A stretch of DNA of 64,000 bases, from contig CAXXLZ010000002.1 in the NCBI GenBank assembly GCA_963675595.2, positions 1,216,001 through 1,280,000 of the forward strand. The letters run 5' to 3'. The stretch's first letter is position 1. Each line of letters opens with the position of its first letter. Source of the stretch: Thermodesulfobacteriota bacterium. GTDB lineage: Bacteria; Desulfobacterota; Desulfarculia; JACQYL01. Of this stretch, positions 39,175 through 50,328 are shown in pieces. The notes under the pieces are model-generated. The model was given only the letters and a program-made list of their open reading frames with translations, was not told the DNA's origin and did no database searches. A program made the translations under genes and the position numbers.

Positions 39175-39585
39175 GGATATCCGGGACAACCTTTTAAAAA
39201 AGGTTTTCCCGGACCCTTTCCTAAACCTTTTAAGAGGGTTGCTCGCTTGCGCGTCGCAACCGGGTCGGGGTTTTCTCCGGACAGGCAAAAACGGGACTTT
39301 CGACGAGGACGTCGCAGCTTGAATGCCTTGAGTCATTGAAGACGCTCACAGGTTTCGGGGGGACGCTCTTACCGCCGGACCCCTTGTATTGGCTCCACCC
39401 GCCTGTGCGTGACGAAGCCGAACCACGGACTTCTCTGCCGATTCAGGAGATGTAAGGAACGCCGGAAATCAGCGAGAAAGCCTAATTCTCCCTCAGCCTC
39501 TCCGCCGAAGGCGGTGAGGCCTGCTTGAAACGTTTCAAGGGGGGCGCACGGGGGGAACTTTTTTAAAAGTTCCCCCCGTGAATGA
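39175..39585 (+). mobile_element. ~410-bp non-coding MITE/REPIN-like element with hairpins at both ends
   Basis: Left CCGGGACAACCTTTTAAAAAAGGTTTTCCCGG; right GGGGGGAACTTTTTTAAAAGTTCCCCCC; segments recur at 30750-31040, 33600-33832, 45500-45740, 51947-52036, 58920-59130. Confidence 0.65.
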
Positions 39586-39620
39586 TCACGAATTCATCTT
39601 ACTTTTTCCATGGAAGGAAT

Positions 39621-40427
39621 ATGGCTCCCGTCGTAGGAATCACGACACAGATCGTCCGAAAGGCCAAATGGTACAAATACGTTCGGGAACTCGGATTCGA
39701 CGCCGTTGAAATCAATCGTCGCAACTCGAAGCTCCATTTCAATCTCTTCTTTCTCGAGAAAGTCAAAAAATACCTGGAAGGCCTGGATTTGAGCGTCCAC
39801 TCCGGAACGGCCGGGGTGTTCCAGCCCTTTGAGTCCTTCACGCGGGCCAACCTTGCCACCCTGAACGCTGAAATCGATGTATGCCGCTTTCTCGGCGCTC
39901 GCCAACTCGTCTTTCATCTAAACGACGGGATTCTTCCACGCGAAGACAAGAAGCGACTGAAGCAGGTGATTTCCTACGCGACGGATATGGGTGTGCACAT
40001 GATGTACGAGTCCAACAGCACCTTGGTCGCCCATGAGGCCTACGACATTCTCGAAAGCTTTCCGGCCCTCGGATACGTCCTCGACCTGGGGCACCTCAAC
40101 AACGGTTATCGGCAGGGCAAACTGGGTTGCACCATCCATGATTTTATCCGACAAGTGAATCACCGGGTGGCCTATGTCCACGCCAGCAACAACTCGGGCG
40201 AGCGGGACGAGCACAACGGACTGGAAAGCGGGACCCTGGATTGGCGTCACATATTGGACCTGCTCGATTTTTCCAGGATTTCAAAGATCATCATCGAAGT
40301 CCGATCCATGGATATGATGGAGCGTTCCAGGGCGGAACTCATGCGATACCTGCTCATGAGAAACTGTGGCCGGGTCTTGCTCCCGGAATCTTTTCTTGTT
40401 GTCGAACAACCCCATTCACGGCAATAA
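39621..40427 (+). CDS. Xylose isomerase-like TIM barrel (AP endonuclease 2 family) protein
   Basis: GFDAVEI, LSVH, LVFH, MYES, LDLGHL, YVHASNN.G.RDEH, IIIE metal motifs. Confidence 0.85.
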   Translation: MAPVVGITTQIVRKAKWYKYVRELGFDAVEINRRNSKLHFNLFFLEKVKKYLEGLDLSVHSGTAGVFQPFESFTRANLATLNAEIDVCRFLGARQLVFHLNDGILPREDKKRLKQVISYATDMGVHMMYESNSTLVAHEAYDILESFPALGYVLDLGHLNNGYRQGKLGCTIHDFIRQVNHRVAYVHASNNSGERDEHNGLESGTLDWRHILDLLDFSRISKIIIEVRSMDMMERSRAELMRYLLMRNCGRVLLPESFLVVEQPHSRQ

Positions 40428-40696
40428 GACCAGACGCAACACGTCCTTTCGCCTTCTTCCGCATACAGCTTTCCATACAAGGATGCGTTCCCGAGGCTCT
40501 CTACAGGCACTTGAATCGGCGCCCCGGGTCGTCGAACTCCTTGAACACCCGAAAATAGAAAATGTCGGAGGCGGACGATGAGTCTTGAAAGCTTGAGCTT
40601 ATTCCTTTCCTATCTGCGGAGCGCGGATTCGAATCCTGTGGGGCATGCTTACTAAATCAACAGGTTAGGATTTTGAATTTTGCCGTCTTTGCCATC

Positions 40697-41869
40697 TCAA
40701 GCATTGCGGTATGGTTCCGTTCCTTCCTCCAAAGTCTTCAAGTATCGGCCATATACAAACAGCCTATGCCGCTGCCCTCCGGTTATCTCGTTCACAATCC
40801 CAAGGTCCGTGAGATTTTTAAAACAAGACGATACCGTCGGGGTGGATAGTTCCAACTCATCGGCGGCCTTGGGAATAGAAATGATAGGATTGGTCTGCAG
40901 TAGGTGCTGTACTCTCAAAACCGAACCTGCCTTGCGTTTCAATGCTTCAATCTTTTTCTTATCTTGATCAAAAATGCCAAGTATGGTTTGGGCCGACTTC
41001 CAGGCTTGCTGGGAGGTTTCAAAGACACCTGTAAGAAAGAAGTCCAACCATTCATCCCAGGCGGATTCCGTTCGGACTTTCTGAAGTAGATCGTAGTATC
41101 GTACTCGATTCGCCTTGAAATAAAGGCTCAGATACAACAAAGGTTCACTGAGAGCTTCCTCAGCGCACAACATGAGTGTGATGAGAAGACGACCCAGACG
41201 TCCATTCCCATCAAGAAAAGGATGGATGGTCTCAAACTGCACATGCGAGACCGCTGCCTTGACAAGAAGAGGGGTAAACATCGATCTATTTTGAATGAAC
41301 TCCTCCAAATTGCCCATGCAATTCATGACATGTTCTACGGGTGGTGGAACATATAAGGCATTGCCCGGACGTGTTCCCCCCACCCAGTTCTGAGAACGGC
41401 GAAACTCTCCCGGATTTCTATGGCTACCCCTTCCCTTCGCCAATAGTACTTTGTGTATCTCTTTGAATAGTCTCAGACAGATAGGAAATCCTTCCCGCAC
41501 CCTTTTCAGACCATATTCCATTGCCGCAACGTAGCTCGATACTTCTTCCACGTCGTCAAGGGGTACGCCGGGTAATTGGCTGCTTTCGTAAAGCAGCAAT
41601 TCGGACAGGGAGGACTGTGTCCCCTCGATCTGAGACGAAAGCAAAGCCTCTTTGCGAACGTAGAAATAGATAAAAAGAGATCCCGGCAAAAGGGTCGTTA
41701 TTCCTTCCAGCCTCCCGAGCGCCCGATTCGCCTTTTCCATAAGGTTCATGAGCTGATTGGATAATCGCAATTGAGGGGCATATGGAAGCGGTGCGGGCAA
41801 GAATGCCTTATAGTACTCTCCCCCAACGGAGCAATTCAGATATTGACCTGAAGGTTTCTTCCGGCTCAC
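40697..41869 (-). CDS. Fic family protein with C-terminal HTH
   Basis: EALLSSQIEGT; FETIHPFLDGNGRLGR; visibly more AT-rich than its flanks. Confidence 0.95.
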   Translation of the reverse strand: MSRKKPSGQYLNCSVGGEYYKAFLPAPLPYAPQLRLSNQLMNLMEKANRALGRLEGITTLLPGSLFIYFYVRKEALLSSQIEGTQSSLSELLLYESSQLPGVPLDDVEEVSSYVAAMEYGLKRVREGFPICLRLFKEIHKVLLAKGRGSHRNPGEFRRSQNWVGGTRPGNALYVPPPVEHVMNCMGNLEEFIQNRSMFTPLLVKAAVSHVQFETIHPFLDGNGRLGRLLITLMLCAEEALSEPLLYLSLYFKANRVRYYDLLQKVRTESAWDEWLDFFLTGVFETSQQAWKSAQTILGIFDQDKKKIEALKRKAGSVLRVQHLLQTNPIISIPKAADELELSTPTVSSCFKNLTDLGIVNEITGGQRHRLFVYGRYLKTLEEGTEPYRNA

Positions 41870-42077
41870 GTCTCTACGGATTCCTTATGTAAATTTTTTT
41901 CGTTAAATTCTGCTAAGAAAAAGATAACCCGGTATTTTTTCCTTAGCAAGTTTTCGTTTCACGTTCCGGAAGGGAAAACAAGGCGGCTGAGCGTTTTTTG
42001 TGCAAAATCGCGGAACCCGGTTGATGAGGGCGAAACCGTATGCGGGCAGGCAGCCGGCGGGACGACATCCGTTCCTT

Positions 42078-42202
42078 GCGGACTGTCGAAAAACGGTGAG
42101 ATTCAAGGCGCGCAAATCCCGAGGCACGAGACGCACAAAGAATCACGTCTCAGCGCCCAACGATGAAACGCCACGCCGAAGATCGCGTCTTTCAACGGCC
42201 CC
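42078..42202 (+). repeat. ~125-bp MITE-like repeat with imperfect TIRs (family also at 50892, 55721, ~61230)
   Basis: GCGGACTGTCGAAAAAC...CAAGGCGCGCAAATCC...GATCGCGTCTTTCAACGGCC. Confidence 0.7.
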
Positions 42203-42259
42203 ACAAGAAGGTCGCCTTCCTGGACAATGGAAAACCCTGTGCTATAGTCGTCCGACGGG

Positions 42260-42445
42260 AGCATTCAGAGGAGTATCCGAGGGAATCCTTTTTGAAAAAA
42301 GCGGTCCCTCGGGCTCCTTCCCAAGAACTTGAGGTGCTTCAATATGCCGGACGGCACATGCCTCTCGTTTTGCGAATCGCGTACGCGATTCGCAAAAGCG
42401 CAACGGGGGTCCCGGGGGGCCATTGGTCCCCCGGCGGGGAGTGCA
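42260..42445. repeat. Palindrome-core repeat (copy 2)
   Basis: 30-bp perfect palindrome TTTTGCGAATCGCGTACGCGATTCGCAAAA at 42368-42397. Confidence 0.85.
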
Positions 42446-42525
42446 GGGGAATGGCGGCCCCCTGCGGCACACCTCGTGAATGGACGCCGTCCGACAATGC
42501 CTGATGCGTTGAGAAGGAGACCTTC

Positions 42526-43905
42526 ATGAGAACACGGTATGTACCTTGGATCCTCGCCCTTTTACTTGTGGGATTTTCAGCCGCGTTTCCCGGGCCCTGC
42601 GGTTCGGCGCCCCTCCCGGAATACTCCATAACCGACCTGGGAACACTGGGCGGCGACGTCAGCATGGCCTACGATGTCAATGAACAGGGCGCCGTGGTAG
42701 GCAAATCCACGACCTCGGACGGTGCCTATATGTCGTTTTATTGGGATTCCAAGTCCGGCATGGTCGCCATCGGGCTCGGGAAAGCATTGGGATTGAATAA
42801 TCTCGGCCAGGTGGTGGGAAACCATCACCAACATAATGATAACGCGTTCATCTGGGATGCCGTGGATGGATTTGCCTATCTGAATAAAGGAGATTTTCTG
42901 TTCGCCACGGCCAATGGAATCGGCGATTCCGGGAAAGCCGTAGGTTACGCGCGCAACTACAATGATATCGACGGCACCCGGGCCCTGCTTTGGGACCCCG
43001 CATCCGACACCTTCAGCATTCTGGAAGGTCTGGAAGGGCCCGCCTACGCCTCCGCCATAAACGGTTTCGAGGACGTGGCGGGTTACTCGGGAGACCCGTG
43101 CCGAGCTTTCCTATGGAACCGTTCGGAGGGCATCACCTATCTGGACGCCCTGAATGACGAAGGATGGAGTTACTACGCCGCGGATATCAACGATGAAGGT
43201 CAGGTGGTGGGGTACGTGCGAACGGCCTCCGATGAATTTCGCGCCTTCATTTGGGATCAGGAAGCCGGCATGCGGCTCCTCTCAGGAGAGGGAGAAAGTC
43301 GTGCCTTGGCGGTCAATCGGTACGGGCATGCGGTGGGCGCGCAAGGCACCTTGATCGGCCTTGGGGGAACGGCGTATCTCTGGAAGGACGGAGAGAGAAC
43401 CGATCTCAACGACGTGATCCCTTCCGACTCCGGTTGGGAGTTAAGGGATGCCAGAGGCATCTCCGACGCAGGCCTCATTTGCGGAACCGGTCTGTTTAAC
43501 GGTGAGCTCCACGCCTTTTTGTTGGAACCTGCGGCTCCCATCGCGGCGGGCGTCAAAGCGAACGGCGTTGATTCGTCCATCACGGTGGCATCAACGGAAC
43601 CGGTGAGCATCACCGTGTCGTTGGATCCCGGCTCCCATGCGGGAGAGACCGCCGACTGGTGGATCGCGGCACACGCCTCTTTCGACCTTACAGAAACCTG
43701 GTATTCGTATGTCCATCCCACGGGCTGGATGCCCGAGGTCCATGTCTGTACTCGGACCGGCCTGTTCGCCCTTTCCGAAATCGAGGTGTTCAACACGCCC
43801 TTGCCTCCCGGAAATTACACGTTCTATTTCGCTCTGGACGATCCCGATGGAGCCGCCGCCGGGCCGTGGTGGGCGCTGGATTCGGTCGAGGTAACCGTGG
43901 AGTAG
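42526..43905 (+). CDS. Extracellular HAF-repeat (DUF3466-like) protein with extra C-terminal domain
   Basis: Signal peptide; YSITDLGTLGG..S.AYDVNEQGAVVG; repeated AFIW/AFLW; TDLNDVIP..SGW.L..A.GI; HAFLL. Confidence 0.88.
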   Translation: MRTRYVPWILALLLVGFSAAFPGPCGSAPLPEYSITDLGTLGGDVSMAYDVNEQGAVVGKSTTSDGAYMSFYWDSKSGMVAIGLGKALGLNNLGQVVGNHHQHNDNAFIWDAVDGFAYLNKGDFLFATANGIGDSGKAVGYARNYNDIDGTRALLWDPASDTFSILEGLEGPAYASAINGFEDVAGYSGDPCRAFLWNRSEGITYLDALNDEGWSYYAADINDEGQVVGYVRTASDEFRAFIWDQEAGMRLLSGEGESRALAVNRYGHAVGAQGTLIGLGGTAYLWKDGERTDLNDVIPSDSGWELRDARGISDAGLICGTGLFNGELHAFLLEPAAPIAAGVKANGVDSSITVASTEPVSITVSLDPGSHAGETADWWIAAHASFDLTETWYSYVHPTGWMPEVHVCTRTGLFALSEIEVFNTPLPPGNYTFYFALDDPDGAAAGPWWALDSVEVTVE

Positions 43906-44264
43906 CCGGCCGGGAGATCGAATCCTGAAGGCCTGCGTTGGCTTTGGCATATCCGATGGTCGGGCTCACAAGATACCCGTCGGCGTCCGGATCAATTATG
44001 AAGTGCTCGTTGATTTCCCGGATTTGCACCCGCCGGCTTTCGCCCACAAATCTTGTAGAAAAACCCTGCAAAAATGCGGATACTTGCCACCACTCTCATC
44101 ACCGTATAAGATGCGTGTCGCAGGAGCGGTGCGCCGAACCTTTCATTGTCCTCTCACTGATGCACCCGGGTCTGATGGACGGGATACCGATCAGCGTATC
44201 CTATCAGCCGCATCTCGTTTAACAAGACTGTTGAATGGGATGCGCATGCCGAAGGAGCCCTTGG

Positions 44265-45458
44265 ATGAGGATGATCTTGACCATTTGTGCCGTGGTTCTA
44301 GTCGCGTTTGCCATGATCGCTCTGATCACGCTTTCCACCCAAAGTAAGCCCCCCATTGTCGTACGATACGGAATCACCCCGTACCATGACACCGTACTCC
44401 CCGTCGTGGCCAAGGGCCTGGGGTGGTACAAGGAAGACGGCATCCAAATCGACCTCGTTCCCACGCCCTGGGACGACGTGGCGACCGACCTGGCCGACGG
44501 CTCCATAGACGTGTCGGTGGTTGACATCAACTCGTTTCTTTCTTCGTATCCGAACCCCGCCGAAAGCGAAAAGGCTCCGATTTTCTATTGTCCCTTTTTC
44601 GTTTTCGAGGGACGGGCCATCATGGTGCATGGGGAATCCGAGCTCGGACCTTTGTTGGGAGAGAAAGGCGAGCCAAAGGCGGATGAGGCAAAGCGAGTCG
44701 CGGAAATCGCTCGTCGGCTCAGGGGGAAAAAGATCGGTTTCCCCAAAGGGACCGACCTTGAGCGGATGGTGCACGCCGCTTTGAAAGTCGCGGGGCTAAA
44801 CCCCGAAAAGGACGTGGAACTCGTCCCCGCCTCGCCTCGGGACTCTCTGGCGGCATTCATGGAAGGCGACTTGGATGCTTTTGCAGCGGGACCGAGCGAA
44901 CGAATCGAAGCGCGTCTCAAGTCGGACGCCGCCGAGCTGCCGCTCCCTGCGAACTTGATGACTCCGGTCATCGACGGGCTGGTGACCACGGAACGGTTTG
45001 CGAAGAAGAATCAGGAAGCGCTGGACAAGCTGGTCCGAATCTGGTTCCGAACCGTCCGCTTTGTTGAAAGTGATTTTGAGAATCATACCAGATACATACT
45101 ACAGTATTTGGACAAGTCCGACGGCACTCGCTATTCCGCTCCGGAATACAAGATCGCGTGGTCCTTCGATGTGTTCCTGCGCGACCCTTCTTCCGCCAAT
45201 GATGTTTTCAACGAAAAGACCTCTCCGTTTTTCTGGAGGACCGCTTGGGACGCCGGCAACGAATCTCTGCCGGCATCGCGCCGGATAACCGACCCCGTAC
45301 CCCACTCGGCCTACTGGGGTGAGGAAGTGCTTCGAAGGGTCCTGATTCACCGGGTCACCCGGAAGAGCGTATTTCCAGCGGCCCCCTCCTGCGCGCTCCA
45401 TCTTGAGGGGCACGGAGCGCAAACGGCGCGTTTTGCCGGTCCGGCGCATCCAGGCTGA
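44265..45458 (+). CDS. ABC transporter substrate-binding protein (NMT1/SsuA-like), no permease nearby
   Basis: VAKGLGWYKEDGIQIDL; LRGKKIGFPKGT; AAFMEGDLDAF. Confidence 0.8.
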   Translation: MRMILTICAVVLVAFAMIALITLSTQSKPPIVVRYGITPYHDTVLPVVAKGLGWYKEDGIQIDLVPTPWDDVATDLADGSIDVSVVDINSFLSSYPNPAESEKAPIFYCPFFVFEGRAIMVHGESELGPLLGEKGEPKADEAKRVAEIARRLRGKKIGFPKGTDLERMVHAALKVAGLNPEKDVELVPASPRDSLAAFMEGDLDAFAAGPSERIEARLKSDAAELPLPANLMTPVIDGLVTTERFAKKNQEALDKLVRIWFRTVRFVESDFENHTRYILQYLDKSDGTRYSAPEYKIAWSFDVFLRDPSSANDVFNEKTSPFFWRTAWDAGNESLPASRRITDPVPHSAYWGEEVLRRVLIHRVTRKSVFPAAPSCALHLEGHGAQTARFAGPAHPG

Positions 45459-45499
45459 GACGCTCTCGTGAAGAATCCCGGCCATTACCCCCCTGCACT

Positions 45500-45740
45500 T
45501 CGACCTCGGTTACGACGCACGGGCGAGCAACCTTCTCAAAAAGGTTCAGGCAGGTCTCACCGCCTTGGGAGGAGAGCCTGAGGGAATAAATAAGGTTTCC
45601 TCAATAACTTGCAGCGTTCCCAACATCTCCTGAATCGGCGAAGAAGTTCCCAAGCTCCGCTTCGTCACGGACCGGCGGGACGAAACCCGCAAGGGGGCCC
45701 GGGGGAACATCCGTTCCCCCGGCGACCCTGTGAATGAGAA
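45500..45740 (-). repeat. Partial copy of the 39175-39585 element
   Basis: Reverse complement GTGACGAAGC...GCCGATTCAGGAGATGT..GGAACGC...CCCTCAG..AAGGCGGTGAG matches 39410-39530. Confidence 0.75.
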
Positions 45741-45742
45741 AG

Positions 45743-47386
45743 TCATCGGTACGTCTGTCGCATGGCTTTCTTATTCAGCTTGCCCACACTGGTCTTGGGG
45801 ATTTCTTCCACGATCTCATACCGGTCCGGCACGCCGTATTTGGGCAGGCGTCCTTCTTCCGCCGCGCGCTTCATATGGGCCTTGAGATCGGCCGCGGTCA
45901 CCTGATCGCGAAATTCAGGCCTGAGCACCACCAGCATCAGCGGCCGTTCGACCCATTTTTCGTCCGGAATCCCGATGGCGGCGGATTCCAGCACGGCCTC
46001 GTGCCGGCTCATGATGTTCTCCAGGTCCAGCGACGACACCCATTCCCCGCCGCTCTTGATCACGTCCTTGATCCTGTCGGTAACCTGAAGGTAACCCTCC
46101 CCGTCGATATGGCCCACGTCTCCGCTGTGGAGCCAGCCGTTGCGCCAGAGCTCCGCGGACTTGTCCGGCGCCTTGAAATAGCTCATGGTGAGCCAGGGCG
46201 CCCGCATGATCACTTCGCCCGCGGACACGCCGTCATGGGGCAACGGTCGGTCGTCGGGGCCGGCCACCTCGAATTCCACCAGGGGAACAGGCAAACCGGT
46301 CTTGCAGATCACATCCAGCAGCCGGTCTTCCTCCAAGTCCGTCATGTGCGACTTGGGTGTCGCCAGACTGATCACCGGGCAGGTTTCCGACATGCCGTAT
46401 CCGGTGCAGATGGTGATGCCCATCTTTCGGGCCGCGGCGGCCAATCCTCGGGAAAGGGCGGACCCGCCGATGATGACCTTCCACCGGCTCAAGTCGATGT
46501 CCTTGACCGCCGGGCTGTTCACGAGCATCTGGAGGATCGTGGGAACGCAATGGGAGAAGGTGACTTTTTCCGTTACGATGAGTTTCAGCAGCATGGCCGG
46601 TTCGTATTTCCCCGGATAGATCTGCCGGGTGCCCAGCAGAGTGGCCACATAGGGCAGGCCCCAGGCGTGGACGTGGAACATGGGGGTCATGGGCATGTAC
46701 ACGTCGTTGGAACGGAACCGGCCCATGGTTTCGTAACTTCCCAACGCCACGGAAAGGGACAGGGTGTGCAACACCAGCTGGCGGTGAGTGAAGTGCACGC
46801 CCTTGGGATCACCGGTGGTGCCGGTAGTGTAAAACGTAGTGGCCTTGGTGTTTTCGTTCAGATCCGGAAAATCGTAGCACTCGGGCGCGCCGGCCAGGAG
46901 ATCCTCGTACAGCAGGTCAAAGCCCACCGAAGAATCGGGAGCGCCCCCTTCCTCGGAAATCACCACCACGGACCGCACGTGGGTCAGCTTGTCCCGGATG
47001 GCTTCCAGGATGGGCAGGAAGTCGCTGTTGATGAGAATGGTCCCGGCTTCCGCGTGTTCGAGGGTATAGAGAATCTGATCGGCGGACAGACGCCAGTTCA
47101 CCATCTGCATGACCGCGCCCATCATGGGAATGGCGAAAAAAGCCTCCAGGAACCGGTTGCTGTCATAATCGAACACCGCCACGGTATCGCCCGGCGTAAC
47201 GCCCAATTTTGCCAGACCACCGGCCAGGCGGTGAATCCGTTCATTCAGATCCCTGTAGGTGTAGCGCATCTTGTCGCGGTAGACGATCTCCTGATCGGGC
47301 GCCTGGATCAGCGCCGTGTTCAGCAACTTCTTGATGATCAGGGGGTAATCGTAAAATTCACCGGGCGTGTATGCCTTTTCGCTCAT
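45743..47386 (-). CDS. Medium/long-chain fatty acid-CoA ligase
   Basis: YTTGTTGDPKGV; PMFHVHAWG; GYGMSET; GWLHSGD; DRIKDVIKSGGE; PKTSVGK. Confidence 0.95.
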   Translation of the reverse strand: MSEKAYTPGEFYDYPLIIKKLLNTALIQAPDQEIVYRDKMRYTYRDLNERIHRLAGGLAKLGVTPGDTVAVFDYDSNRFLEAFFAIPMMGAVMQMVNWRLSADQILYTLEHAEAGTILINSDFLPILEAIRDKLTHVRSVVVISEEGGAPDSSVGFDLLYEDLLAGAPECYDFPDLNENTKATTFYTTGTTGDPKGVHFTHRQLVLHTLSLSVALGSYETMGRFRSNDVYMPMTPMFHVHAWGLPYVATLLGTRQIYPGKYEPAMLLKLIVTEKVTFSHCVPTILQMLVNSPAVKDIDLSRWKVIIGGSALSRGLAAAARKMGITICTGYGMSETCPVISLATPKSHMTDLEEDRLLDVICKTGLPVPLVEFEVAGPDDRPLPHDGVSAGEVIMRAPWLTMSYFKAPDKSAELWRNGWLHSGDVGHIDGEGYLQVTDRIKDVIKSGGEWVSSLDLENIMSRHEAVLESAAIGIPDEKWVERPLMLVVLRPEFRDQVTAADLKAHMKRAAEEGRLPKYGVPDRYEIVEEIPKTSVGKLNKKAMRQTYR

Positions 47387-48020
47387 GTCGTTCTCCTCCG
47401 TTTTCCGTCCATCCCGTGTTTCAACCGTTCACGCGGGGATCGCGGCTTCATCCCTCGACCGTGGAACGGGCCCGATCGTGCGGCGCCGGCGTGCCCTCCA
47501 CCCGAGGAACGACGCAGCAGCCGATGCCGATTCTTATTGGGGTTCTCCATTTCCTGCATCCGGTCCCATGGACCTGCGGGAAGATCGCTCACCCGAATAC
47601 CGATCTCATCCAAGGACTCCCCCAGTCGTAAGAAGCCCTTGTCCCCTTGGTGGATGAGATTCGACACTCGAACGCGACGTCCTGGAACCTCCAATGCATG
47701 CTGCGAATCTCCGAAACGGACGCTCCGCAGGCGTTTGTTGCCGGTTTCCGGGTCCTTCGGATTGAAGGCTCGCCTGGGACCTCCAACCGCTCGAAATCCC
47801 GGGCATGCCGCCTCCGAACCCTGACTGAATCACCATTCATTTTCTTCCAACCATACCTCTACTTTGAAAACTCCGCAACCTCTTTCACGACATTATTTCC
47901 AGGTAACCCGTACCGAGTACCGCCGACATGACGGATCACGCTGGTGTCCATAGGCTTTGAAGTTGAAACGGAGGATTACCCGTGAATGGAGGAACGGGAG
48001 AACATTTTCGTTGGGTAAGG

Positions 48021-48227
48021 ATGAGAATTTACGCTAAACTGCCGGTTCAAAGCATGCGAAGATTGAAAGTCAACGAAGCAAAGCCGGAGAACCGTGGGGT
48101 TGAAGCGGAGATGAGAGAGTTATCTACAAACACCGTTAGGGGAAAGAATACTGCTTGTTTCATGCCCTTTGCTCTACGGTTTTCTTGGACACCGAATTGG
48201 GATAAGACCGAAGGAGCCAAAGGATGA
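48021..48227 (+). pseudogene. Possible remnant of an RRM RNA-binding protein
   Basis: MRIYAKLP directly joined to RRLKVNEAKP (typical RRM N- and C-termini) with the RNP1 core missing. Confidence 0.3.
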
Positions 48228-48296
48228 CACGATTGGCCCGGGCAAGTTTGCACGTCCCTCCGGATTGATTAACGGTTTGTCGGTATAACCGGATTA

Positions 48297-49931
48297 TTAC
48301 AGGTTGTTACGGAGCCCCTTCATGTCCATGACACAGGCGCCCTTGCCCATGGCTTTGGCTCGGTACATGGCGGCGTCCGCCCGCTTGACCAGGTCGCTCA
48401 CCGTGCTCTCGTGATCCGGGAAAACGGCCGCGCCCACGCTGGCTCCGATCCGGGCCGCACCCGCTTTGAGTTCGAAGGGCCGCGACAGGGTCGCCACCAC
48501 CTTTTCCCCGATGAGCTGGGCGTCTTCCGGTTCTTTGATTTCAAAAAGGATTGCGGCGAACTCGTCTCCCCCAAGACGCGCCACGGTATCGGACTTGCGC
48601 AGATTTTTCTTCAGCGCCCCTCCCACCTGTATCAGCAGCTCGTCTCCCGCGTCGTGACCCAAGGTGTCGTTGATTCCCTTGAACCCGTCCAGATCGATGT
48701 ACAACAGGCCGAGCTTCCGCCCGAACCGGGTCGCATGAGCGATGCCCTCCCCCAGCCTGTCGAAAAACAGGACTCTGTTGGGCAGACCGGTCAGGGAGTC
48801 GGTCAAGGCCATTTTGACAAGCCGGTCCTGATAGATGCGGCGCTTGGCGACCGCCGCAGCCAACTGCCACGCACCATAGGACAGGATGAGGAACAATCCG
48901 GCTCCAATCATTAAGAGCCGGCTCATCAAGGCCCGTGAGTGGGCGGTAATGACCTCGCAAGGAACGCGGGAAACCAGAACCCAGAAGTACTCGGATGGGT
49001 CTAAATGCTTTCCGCTGGGTGCGTTGGGTTCGCATGAACCGGAACTGGAACCGGAAACCTCCAACAAGGGGTAGACGGCGGCAAAAGTGATCAAACCGTT
49101 TTCCGTACGCACCTGCCCCGTGCGCCGCTCCCTGATCATGCGCCATTCCCGGGGATATGCATTGGCCAGGGAGAGCCCGGCCCGGTCGTCGAACATGAAC
49201 CCCCACTCCTTTTGCTCGTCCGGGTGCAGCAACCAGTACCCGTCCGAGTTGACCAGCATGGCCACGCTCCGTGCGCCGGCCCCTTGCGCCTCGATGCGAC
49301 TCAACAGCCCGGCGGCCAGGTAGTTGAGCAGCACAACGCCCCGTTTGTTCCCGTCACAATCGATGACGGGTGTGCCGAAGCGAATCATGGGCTTGAGAGG
49401 ACGTTCCACTTCGCCCAGCTCCACATTGAGATCCAGAGGTGAAACAAAGACTTCCCCTCTCCCCAGTGCAAATGTGTCCGCAAAATAATAACGCCCGGAC
49501 TTGTTCTGCAGTTCGCCCTCCGGCACAACACGAGGCTTACCGGCGGCGAAATTGACCCGCACCTTCTCCATACCGTCGGCGTTCAGGTAACGAATCTGGT
49601 CGTAAATCCTTTTGACGTCCACCAGTGTCAGGTATTCGTCTTGAATCGCCCGCAGCGCCTTGGCGTCTTTCCGTTCCAGGTACGCGTGTAGTTCGTTTTG
49701 ACGAGACAAGAACAGCAGGTCGCCCACGATGACGTCGAACTCGTCGCCGATGGCGGCGGCCTGCCGCTCGAGAGCACGCTCCTCCCGCTCTTTCAACTCG
49801 GAGAGGAAGGAATTGAGGTCCGCACGGTAGAGCAAGGCAACCGCACCCGCGAGCAACGCACCCATGGCCAACGACAATATTAAGAATAACTCCAAAGCCT
49901 TCCCGGCAAACCGAACGCGTTGTTCACTCAT
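48297..49931 (-). CDS. Cache-sensor diguanylate cyclase
   Basis: Two TMs flanking YDQIRYL..G.EKVRV..QNKSGRYYF..SPLDLNVE..KPMIRFGTP; DLDGFK.INDTLGH..GD; RKSD..ARLGGDEF. Confidence 0.93.
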   Translation of the reverse strand: MSEQRVRFAGKALELFLILSLAMGALLAGAVALLYRADLNSFLSELKEREERALERQAAAIGDEFDVIVGDLLFLSRQNELHAYLERKDAKALRAIQDEYLTLVDVKRIYDQIRYLNADGMEKVRVNFAAGKPRVVPEGELQNKSGRYYFADTFALGRGEVFVSPLDLNVELGEVERPLKPMIRFGTPVIDCDGNKRGVVLLNYLAAGLLSRIEAQGAGARSVAMLVNSDGYWLLHPDEQKEWGFMFDDRAGLSLANAYPREWRMIRERRTGQVRTENGLITFAAVYPLLEVSGSSSGSCEPNAPSGKHLDPSEYFWVLVSRVPCEVITAHSRALMSRLLMIGAGLFLILSYGAWQLAAAVAKRRIYQDRLVKMALTDSLTGLPNRVLFFDRLGEGIAHATRFGRKLGLLYIDLDGFKGINDTLGHDAGDELLIQVGGALKKNLRKSDTVARLGGDEFAAILFEIKEPEDAQLIGEKVVATLSRPFELKAGAARIGASVGAAVFPDHESTVSDLVKRADAAMYRAKAMGKGACVMDMKGLRNNL

Positions 49932-50328
49932 CGATTTTTCCTGCGAATGCAAATATGACGGCAGACGGCAAAGCGGACCCCAATGCCGGGCCCACTCTTC
50001 GGCATGCCTTCACGACATCGCTGTGGCCGTAAGCAAGGGTCTGCCTGGTGCGTTTTCCCCGCAAACCTCTCCGCCCAAGGCGGCCGGACGGCGACGAAAA
50101 GATGGAAACGGCGCGGGTGGAGACTTTTTCCAAAGCCTCCCTCCACGAGAAAATACACCCCATTCGATGGGTTGTCGAAGCCGCTTAGTTCCAGCCGGGG
50201 CCTACGGCCTCTCCGAAGTCTCGGACGGCAATCGGGTGTAAGGACGACCTGAATCTGAGCCTCCCGGGATCAAGTTTTCCATGGACGACGGCCCGTTGAA
50301 ACCGTCCGTTCGCCGTGAGCCGTGTCTT

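Noticed and set aside
45734-47824. 696-aa plus-strand ORF and other long antisense ORFs (31332-32906, 35051-36544, 36581-38200, 53666-55156)
   Set aside because: Shadow frames of clear genes on the opposite strand in GC-rich DNA; no motifs
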